A stretch of 64,000 nt of DNA, taken from assembly GCA_965203175.1 (NCBI GenBank), contig OZ241867.1, positions 5,248,001-5,312,000 of the forward strand, written 5' to 3'. Source of the stretch: Candidatus Latescibacterota bacterium (GTDB lineage Bacteria; Latescibacterota; UBA2968; UBA8231). Position 1 is the first letter of the stretch. Every line of letters begins with the position of its first letter. The notes under the pieces were generated by a model. It made no database searches and had not been told where the DNA came from. It saw only the letters and a program-made list of their open reading frames with translations. Shown piece by piece: positions 57,087-64,000 of the stretch. The position numbers and the translations under genes were made by a program.

Positions 57087-57800
57087 CTAGTAGATCACGT
57101 CGCCGAGACGCCTGTAGCGCACTCGACTGGGCAGGCGCCAGATAAAGCTGGCCACCACCGCGGGCAGCGAACTCAAGCCCCTGTAATAAGGTCCGCGGGT
57201 GTCGGGCTCCCACGACCAATAGATGTTCATGGCCTTGCCCTTGATCAACCGCTTGGGCACAGCGCGAAAGTAGCGGCTGTCCGAGCTGTTGTCGCGATTG
57301 TCACCCATCATAAAGAAATAGCCTTCGGGCACAATATACGGGCCAAAATTGTCGCGGGGATTGAGCTCCCTCGGATAGTATCTAGGGTCGGTGTACTTGG
57401 TCAGCGGCGGATCTTGCATTGGCTCGCCATCAACGTAGAGTACCTTGTTGATGATGTGGACGCGCTGCCCTCCGACGGCAACACAGCGCTTGATCAAGTC
57501 GCGCCCCTCGTCCTGCGGAGAGCGGAAAATCACGATGTCACCCGGCTGCGGTTCCTTGAGTGCAGGCAGACGGAAGAGGGAAATGCTCGTCAGAGGCACA
57601 TCGACTGGAACGCCGTAGATAAACTTGTTGGCCAACAGATAATCACCCACCAAAAGCGTATCTTCCATCGAACTGGAAGGGATGTAAAAGGCCTGCACCA
57701 CACCGGTGCGAATGACCAAAAACAAGCCTACGACGGTCAGTATAGAATACAGGTATTGGCCAAGTTCGGACTTTTGCTTGGCGTGCTTCATCCGCAGCAT
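57087..57800 (-). CDS. lepB: Signal peptidase I
   Basis: IPSSSMEDTLLVGD, LIKRCVA, FMMGDNRDNSSDSRY. Confidence 0.95.
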   Translation of the reverse strand: MLRMKHAKQKSELGQYLYSILTVVGLFLVIRTGVVQAFYIPSSSMEDTLLVGDYLLANKFIYGVPVDVPLTSISLFRLPALKEPQPGDIVIFRSPQDEGRDLIKRCVAVGGQRVHIINKVLYVDGEPMQDPPLTKYTDPRYYPRELNPRDNFGPYIVPEGYFFMMGDNRDNSSDSRYFRAVPKRLIKGKAMNIYWSWEPDTRGPYYRGLSSLPAVVASFIWRLPSRVRYRRLGDVIY

Positions 57801-57848
57801 CTCCTTAGACCTGAGTATAACAAACTACCCCCATAGTCGCCATTTGCG

Positions 57849-58844
57849 CTACCCTTTAGGGACCTCTACCACCTGTCCGGTTTCCCAGCTTTCGATAAGC
57901 GCCTCAATTACTAACTGGACTCGCAAGGCGTCCGCTCCTCTCGCATCCACCTGCGCAGGCGGGACTTGGTTTAGCAAATCGTCGATCCAAGCGTTGATGC
58001 GCGCCGGGAAGGTATCCGCAAAGCCGCCCATGCCTCCGAGGTGATCGTAGCTTTCCACCTCGCGTGAAAAGCGCGGGTAAAATGTCAGCTTCTCACAGGC
58101 TTCATTGATGATAACCCGTCCCTCCGAGCCGACCAGTTCCAAGGTCTCCAAGCCGTAGCTTCCCCCGGCGTCGTACGACCCGGTCAAATGACCGATGACG
58201 CCATTCTCGTACAGCAGATTCGCCTGCACGTTGGACCAGATCTGTCGCCCTTTTCCCTTCTTAAAAAAGGCGTGTACCCGATCCACTCCTCCGGCGAAAT
58301 AGCTCATCACGTCCAGCGAGTGCGGATGCAGGGCGCGGATGTGGAACCACGGACTCGATTCGTTGGGATTGTTGATCCACATCGTCATGTTGATTATCTG
58401 TAGTTCGCCGAGCCGCCCGTTGGTCAGCCACTCCTTGGCCTTGACGGCCGCGGGCGTGAAGCGATGATTCAGGTTGATCCCATAGGGCAACTGCTTTTCT
58501 TCGGCCAAAGCCACCATTTCCCGCGCCTTGGGAATTTCATTGGAAATCGGCTTCTCGCCTAGCACCGGAATGCCGGCCCGCAAAAGCGCCATCGTCGGCT
58601 CGTAGTGATCGCCCCCGTTCTCCACCCCGGCCGTGGTCACCGAGCAGGCGTCGAGCCGCTGGCCGCTGGCGATCATCTCCTCGACCGAGTAAAAGGCCTG
58701 CGCCTCATAGGACTCGGCCGCTTTGTCCGCTTGCTCTTTAACCATGTCGCACACGGCGACGACCTTTGCGTTCTCGTTTGCCGTGTAGCAGCGGGCGTGA
58801 TTGTTGCCAATTCCACCCATGCCGACAATCCCGATGTGAAGCAT
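57849..58844 (-). CDS. Gfo/Idh/MocA family oxidoreductase
   Basis: IGIVGMGGIG, GEKP, NHRFTP. Confidence 0.88.
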   Translation of the reverse strand: MLHIGIVGMGGIGNNHARCYTANENAKVVAVCDMVKEQADKAAESYEAQAFYSVEEMIASGQRLDACSVTTAGVENGGDHYEPTMALLRAGIPVLGEKPISNEIPKAREMVALAEEKQLPYGINLNHRFTPAAVKAKEWLTNGRLGELQIINMTMWINNPNESSPWFHIRALHPHSLDVMSYFAGGVDRVHAFFKKGKGRQIWSNVQANLLYENGVIGHLTGSYDAGGSYGLETLELVGSEGRVIINEACEKLTFYPRFSREVESYDHLGGMGGFADTFPARINAWIDDLLNQVPPAQVDARGADALRVQLVIEALIESWETGQVVEVPKG

Positions 58845-58871
58845 CGCAAACTCCTTTTTAATTGCGAGGTC

Positions 58872-59936
58872 TTAATTCCTAATTGACCTCGGCAGCTCCA
58901 CTCCCAACTCAGCCGCCAAGGCTCCTATCTCATCCCAAGCTTTCTCATCCACGTGTAGCCCATCGCGCCGCCGCGCCTGCAACCGCTGGTGCGCCCGCTC
59001 TCCGGGCAGCAACACCTCGGCCACCCCAGGAGCCGGCGGACACGACTTGACCCATTCGATAAATCCCGCAACCTCGGCGTAAAACTCGTCCAACGGCAGG
59101 AAGGCCGCGACATTGAGCACGGCGATGAACAGTGCGTTGCCCGTGCGCTCGGGTGCCTCTTGCGTCATCCCGGCCCCAGAAAGCGACCCAGCCAAAATAT
59201 CGACTAGCACGGAAAGCCCGTAGCCCTTGTGCCCGCTCTGCGGAAAACCAAGCGGCAAGATAGCACCAGCGGGCGGGCCATAGTACGCGTCCACTTTCGT
59301 CGTTGGACGGCCCTCTGCATCGATCAGCATCCCCGGCGGCGCATCCTCGCCCCTGTTGCGCAAAAGCCGCATATCCCCGCCGGAAATCATGCTCGTCGTC
59401 ATGTCTAGGATCACGGGCCAATCGCCGCCGGTGGGAATGCCGCAGCAGATTGGATTCGTCGGCAAGCGACGGCTGCGGCCGCCAAAGGGAGCCACCGCAC
59501 TGTCGCCGCCGTGGCCATTGGTTGCGATGAGGGCAATGCAGTTGGCGCGAGTAGCTATCTCGGCGAAACGCCCCAGCCGCGCCACGTGGTTGCAGTCGCG
59601 CACCCCGACGACCGCCACTGCCCCGTCGCCGAGCTTGTCCAGTGTCCAGCGCACAGCCTCGGTTGCCGTCACCGGCCCGTAGTTCCACTGGCCGCTCAAC
59701 CGCCCCCCACACTCGCTTTCGTCCAAGACTACCAACGCAGCCCCAGGCTCGACTTGGCCGTCGCGCACCATGTTCACGTATTGGGGCAGCCGCAACACGC
59801 TGTGGGTATCGTGCCCCATCAGCCCAGCTTCAACCAGGTGCTCAGCCACCAACGCCGCATCGTCCGGGGGAACGCCGACCTGCCGCAAGCAAGTCTGCGC
59901 CAGCCCATCGAGGTCTTCGGCCAGCAAGGTCGGCAC
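58872..59936 (-). CDS. Ldh_2 family (malate/L-lactate/sulfolactate-type) NAD(P) oxidoreductase
   Basis: GHDTHSVLRL, NHVARLG, PTNPI, LDMTTS, GHKGYGL, LPGE. Confidence 0.9.
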   Translation of the reverse strand: MPTLLAEDLDGLAQTCLRQVGVPPDDAALVAEHLVEAGLMGHDTHSVLRLPQYVNMVRDGQVEPGAALVVLDESECGGRLSGQWNYGPVTATEAVRWTLDKLGDGAVAVVGVRDCNHVARLGRFAEIATRANCIALIATNGHGGDSAVAPFGGRSRRLPTNPICCGIPTGGDWPVILDMTTSMISGGDMRLLRNRGEDAPPGMLIDAEGRPTTKVDAYYGPPAGAILPLGFPQSGHKGYGLSVLVDILAGSLSGAGMTQEAPERTGNALFIAVLNVAAFLPLDEFYAEVAGFIEWVKSCPPAPGVAEVLLPGERAHQRLQARRRDGLHVDEKAWDEIGALAAELGVELPRSIRN

Positions 59937-61102
59937 TAGGGCCGCTCCTCGTCCCGAGTGTCCGCTACGACTAAAAGAGCGTTGACCACCGGCCGCTCGC
60001 CCGTGGGATCGGAGGGCCTGTTGATCACCTGTTCGCCTACGACCATCGTCGTCGAGCCACCACCATCGAGGTTTAACCCCTGATAGGCATTGGCCTTGGC
60101 GCGAGAAAATTCAGCCAAGCGCGTGCACATAAATTCGGCCAACTCCTGCAAGCTCATGCCAACGCTGTACCCTGGTTGCCGCCCATCGACCACAATCATA
60201 AAAAGCACCTGCTCGTCTTGGGAATATCCAATGGCCGTGCGTGGGTGTCGCTTGTCGGCAAAGCTACGGCTGAGCCGCTCCTCTTCTACTTCAATGGATA
60301 CTGCGCCATCGCGCAGGATGCGCGGCCCCCCACTGATGGCCTCCATCAACTTGGCACGGGCTGGCAACAGTCGGCAATACAGTTGCACTGTGTCGCCCAA
60401 GGCAATCTGCTCTGTCGCCTCGTATTCGGCGTCGGCGGCCAACAGCCATTGGTCGCGCTGGAGGGAGAGCGGCCAAGCCTCCCGCCGGACTTGTTGAACC
60501 CAGACGGAGATCGTGTCGTTGGCGATGGAGGTATTGCCCACCCCTTGCAACAGGAAGCCCGTGGCCGCTTGCAGCGAATCTCCCTGCACATGCGCGCGCT
60601 CGTTGAACACGGACAACTCCCCGAGCGCTGGCTCGCGATTAAAGCCCGCGACGTGTAGCTGCTCGCCTTCGGCCGTCAACAGACCCAATTCCATCTTGTA
60701 CACTGCGATCAAGGGCTGGCCCGCCTCGGTAATGGCAAAAGCCGAGCGCCGCTGTGGGATGCGGATGAGATTGCCGGACTCGATATATAACCCGGCTGGC
60801 TGGTTAGACTCGCCGGGAAATAAAAAGTCCCCGTTTATGGCCGCTAAAGCACCAGCGGCCAAGCTACTGGTCTTTTGCGCCTCTTCCTGCTTGGCCATGC
60901 GCACGCGGATGCCCGCCGCCCAAGAGCGCGGCAGATCCACTTCCACCATGTGTATCCGCCACGGACCTTCGGGCAAGTGGATCTCGCGGTACACCACCCC
61001 GGGTGCTAGCTCCTCGGTGTCTTCCCGAGCGCAGCTCCAACTCAAACACCACGCGAGAATCGCGAGGACGAGGCGTAGGGATGCCTTATGCGGTATAGCC
61101 AA
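59936..61102 (-). CDS. Phosphodiester glycosidase (NAGPA) family lipoprotein
   Basis: AAINGDF, GGPRIL, RHPRTAIG, VDGRQ...SVGMSL, LNLDGGGSTTM, ERPVVNAL. Exact start uncertain. Confidence 0.88.
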   Translation of the reverse strand: MAIPHKASLRLVLAILAWCLSWSCAREDTEELAPGVVYREIHLPEGPWRIHMVEVDLPRSWAAGIRVRMAKQEEAQKTSSLAAGALAAINGDFLFPGESNQPAGLYIESGNLIRIPQRRSAFAITEAGQPLIAVYKMELGLLTAEGEQLHVAGFNREPALGELSVFNERAHVQGDSLQAATGFLLQGVGNTSIANDTISVWVQQVRREAWPLSLQRDQWLLAADAEYEATEQIALGDTVQLYCRLLPARAKLMEAISGGPRILRDGAVSIEVEEERLSRSFADKRHPRTAIGYSQDEQVLFMIVVDGRQPGYSVGMSLQELAEFMCTRLAEFSRAKANAYQGLNLDGGGSTTMVVGEQVINRPSDPTGERPVVNALLVVADTRDEERP

Positions 61103-61264
61103 AAGAAGTGTACCTCAGCGGCAAGGGGACGAAAGATGCATTATAGCACCCCTCGGTTGAAATCGTCCAAAAGTAGCCCTGCACTGCGACCGTGTCAATT
61201 TTTTCTAACGACTGGCCCGGCCGCAGACCAAGCCCTTTATTTTAAAAAAAGCGAAAGGACTCCG

Positions 61265-62272
61265 ATGAAAGCCATACTCGTAGGGTTGGGCGGCAGGGGC
61301 CGCTATTGGCTCGACCAATGCCGGAAGCAGCAGAACGTCGATGTAGTCGCCTGCGTCGAGCCGAGCGCGCAAAACCGCGAGCGCGCGGTCGCCCAATGCG
61401 CACTCGCCGAGCGTTCCATCTACCGAGATCTCGGCGAAGCCTGCGCAGCCGTGCAAGCCGACTTCGTCCTCGACGTGACGCCGCCAGCCATCCACGAAGA
61501 AATCGCCATGCAGACTTTTGCCGCGGGCCTACACCTGCTCGGAGAAAAACCCCTCAGCGACCAGTACGAGGCCGCCCGGCGCGTAGTGGAGGCCGGCACC
61601 CAAGCCGACGTCGCGCACATGATCACCCAGAACTACCGGTTCAACGGCCTGCCGCGCACGACTCGCCGCCTACTCACCGAGGATCTCATCGGCCCGGTCG
61701 GCCAGCTCGATGTCTCGCTTTACGTCAATTGGGCCGACTCGCCCGGCTCGCACTACGTCACCGAGCCGTACATGTTCCTCACCGACATGGGTATTCACCA
61801 CTTCGACATGATGCGCTACACGCTCGGCCAAGACCCCGTGAGCGCTCACGCCCTTACTTGGAACCTCCCCTGGGGCTGGCACCAAGGCGACGCCGCTCAG
61901 ATGATCCTCTTCCGCTTTGCCAACGGCACAGTCGCCACCCACCGCGGCATCGGCTGCACGGTCGGGCACGTGCCAGCCGGACACAATGGCGAGTGGCGCT
62001 ACGAGGGGCCGCGCGGTACCCTGACGTGGGAGGGCTTCGACCTGTACCACACTCACTCACACCGCGCCGATCCCAAAATTCGCCAGCAAATCCCCCTCGA
62101 CGACGATGGCGACCAAGACCAAAATCCCGTGCTGCGGGAATTCGTCGCCGCCATCGAAGAGGGCCGCACGCCCGAGTGCAATGCGGCCGACAACCTCAAG
62201 TCCATGGCCATGGTTTTTGCCGCAGTCAGAAGCGCGATGGAAGGCCGCGAAGTATCCATCGACGAGTTATAG
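61265..62272 (+). CDS. Gfo/Idh/MocA family oxidoreductase
   Basis: MKAILVGLGGRG, GEKP, QNYRF, DMGIHHFD; start moved to ATG 61265 (RBS AAGGA). Confidence 0.88.
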   Translation: MKAILVGLGGRGRYWLDQCRKQQNVDVVACVEPSAQNRERAVAQCALAERSIYRDLGEACAAVQADFVLDVTPPAIHEEIAMQTFAAGLHLLGEKPLSDQYEAARRVVEAGTQADVAHMITQNYRFNGLPRTTRRLLTEDLIGPVGQLDVSLYVNWADSPGSHYVTEPYMFLTDMGIHHFDMMRYTLGQDPVSAHALTWNLPWGWHQGDAAQMILFRFANGTVATHRGIGCTVGHVPAGHNGEWRYEGPRGTLTWEGFDLYHTHSHRADPKIRQQIPLDDDGDQDQNPVLREFVAAIEEGRTPECNAADNLKSMAMVFAAVRSAMEGREVSIDEL

Positions 62273-62326
62273 ACTGACTCTTTCTCTATTGCCACATCTT
62301 GCGACTAACCCCTCTTTAATAGACTT

Positions 62327-63706
62327 ATGACCCTGCATCTTTTTGATACCTATGCCCGCCAAGAGCGCCCCTTCACACCGCTCGCGCCTCCTCAAGTCCG
62401 CCTGTATGCCTGCGGCCCGACCGTGTACAACTACCAGCACATCGGCAACCTGCGCACCTATATCTTCGAAGACATCCTGCGGCGAGCCCTCGAATACAGC
62501 GGCTATGAGGTCCACCACGTCGTCAACATCACCGACGTGGGGCACCTAACCTCCGACGCGGACACCGGCGAGGACAAGATGGAAGCCGGCTCGCGGCGCA
62601 CCGGCCTGACAGCTTGGGAAATCGCCGAGCGCTACACCGCGGATTTCCAAGAGAAGCTCGAATGGCTCAACGTGCTCGCGCCTCACGTCTGGTGCCGGGC
62701 CACCGACCACATTCGCGAGCAGATCGCGGCCATCGCCGCCATTGAGGAAAAAGGCTACGCGTACCGCACGGACGACGGCCTGTACTTCGACACTTCGCGC
62801 CTGAGCGACTACGGCCACCTCGCCCGCCTCGACATCGAGGGCCTGCAAGGCGGTCAGCGCGTCGATCTTGGGCAGAAGCGCCGCGTCACGGACTTCGCGC
62901 TGTGGAAGTTCAGCCCAGAAAAGACGCAGCGACAGATGGAATGGGACAGCCCGTGGGGGCGCGGCTTTCCCGGCTGGCACATCGAATGCACGGCCATGGC
63001 GGCCAAGTACTTGGGGCCGTACTTTGACATCCACTGCGGCGGCGAGGATCACATTCCAGTCCACCACACCAACGAGATCGCCCAATCCCAAGCCTGCTAC
63101 GACACGCGGCTGGCCGAATTTTGGCTCCACGGCGCGTTTTTGCAACTCGACGGGGAGAAGATGTCCAAGTCAAGCGGCGATTTCCTGCGCCTCGAATCCC
63201 TCGTCGAAGAAGGGTACGACCCCCTCGCCTATCGCTTTTTCTGCCTCGGGGCGCGCTACCGGGCCAAGCTCTCCTTTAGCTGGGAGAGCCTCGCCGGCGC
63301 GGCCACGGCCCTCGACCGGCTGCGCGCCGCCGCCCACGCCTGGGGTGCGCCGTCTGAACCCGAAGACCGCTACGTGGCCGCGTTCAAAGAGCGCGTCGAG
63401 GACGACCTCAACATGCCGCGCGTCCTCGCCCTGTGCTGGGAACTCGTAGCCGATGATCTTTCCGACGCCGTCAAGAAGGCCACGCTCCTGCACTTCGATC
63501 AGGTCATGGGCTTGGGACTAGCCACGTGGACGCCGCAAGAGGAGGCCATACCCAACTCGATTCACGCGCTCGCCGCTCAGCGCCAACAGGCCCGTGACAC
63601 CAAGGACTGGTCCACGGCCGACGCCCTGCGCGACGAAATCGCCGCAGCCGGCTACGAAATCGAAGACACCCCCCAAGGCCCCAACATCCGCCCGCGCAAA
63701 ACCTAA
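62327..63706 (+). CDS. cysS: Cysteinyl-tRNA synthetase
   Basis: CGPTVY, HIGN, DFALWK, PGWHIEC, HHTNEIAQ, KMSKS. Confidence 0.97.
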   Translation: MTLHLFDTYARQERPFTPLAPPQVRLYACGPTVYNYQHIGNLRTYIFEDILRRALEYSGYEVHHVVNITDVGHLTSDADTGEDKMEAGSRRTGLTAWEIAERYTADFQEKLEWLNVLAPHVWCRATDHIREQIAAIAAIEEKGYAYRTDDGLYFDTSRLSDYGHLARLDIEGLQGGQRVDLGQKRRVTDFALWKFSPEKTQRQMEWDSPWGRGFPGWHIECTAMAAKYLGPYFDIHCGGEDHIPVHHTNEIAQSQACYDTRLAEFWLHGAFLQLDGEKMSKSSGDFLRLESLVEEGYDPLAYRFFCLGARYRAKLSFSWESLAGAATALDRLRAAAHAWGAPSEPEDRYVAAFKERVEDDLNMPRVLALCWELVADDLSDAVKKATLLHFDQVMGLGLATWTPQEEAIPNSIHALAAQRQQARDTKDWSTADALRDEIAAAGYEIEDTPQGPNIRPRKT

Positions 63707-63720
63707 CCGAACGGACGCCC

Positions 63721-64000
63721 ATGTCCCGCATCCTCGTCGCCGAGTGCAAGCAAGAAATCTCCTCCTTCAACCCGGTCATCGGCACGTACGACAATTTCTC
63801 CGTCCGCCGCGGTCCTGAGTTGCTCACCTATCACCAAGGCCGCGAGACCGAGTTGTGCGGTGCCTTGCAGGTCTTCGCCGACAGCCACGTTGACGTCATC
63901 CCCACGTACGGGGCCGTTGCCCCCTCGGCCGGGCCTTTAGACCAACAGGACTTCGAGCGCCTTGCCGCCGATCTGCTCGACGCGGTCACGCCGCACCTAG
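63721..64000 (+). CDS. M81 family metallopeptidase (MlrC-like), 3' end runs off the window
   Basis: Not in the ORF track. ATG 63721 gives MSRILVAECKQEISSFNP...AVAPSAGPL...FERL, matching the MlrC N-terminus. Confidence 0.75.
   Translation, partial: MSRILVAECKQEISSFNPVIGTYDNFSVRRGPELLTYHQGRETELCGALQVFADSHVDVIPTYGAVAPSAGPLDQQDFERLAADLLDAVTPHL

Noticed and set aside
61306-62277. 323-aa Arg/Pro-rich alternative-frame ORF
   Set aside because: Out-of-frame overlap with the Gfo/Idh/MocA gene; composition typical of GC3 frame artefacts.

Overview
This is a gene-dense, GC-rich bacterial chromosome segment. Its content (many Gfo/Idh/MocA, PhyH, sulfatase and TolB-like proteins, FlgD/T9SS-like C-terminal domains, a 'SWGxxK' C-terminal tail motif) suggests an FCB-related candidate phylum such as Latescibacterota/Handelsmanbacteria; this assignment is inference only. 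Housekeeping genes are tyrS, guaA, nadB, gatB, lepB and cysS. Highlights: (1) an unannotated 21-aa leader peptide with five consecutive Tyr codons, plus overlapping antiterminator/terminator hairpins, directly upstream of tyrS, i.e. a candidate tyrosine-sensing ribosomal attenuator; (2) a complete arc-dop-ubact-prcB-prcA-pafA proteasome locus using a UBact-type tag ending RTGQ; (3) a recurring C-terminal W-G/A-x-I/L-K tail on unrelated secreted proteins, a candidate sorting signal; (4) several toxin-antitoxin and defence relics, including two antitoxins whose toxins survive only as short fragments, a vapBC-coupled FRG-TPR gene and a C5-methyltransferase stub fused in frame to a Fic gene; (5) two paralogous M6 metalloproteases and an OMP/duplicated-lipoprotein/OMP cassette. 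I saw no rRNA, tRNA, CRISPR array or transposase.
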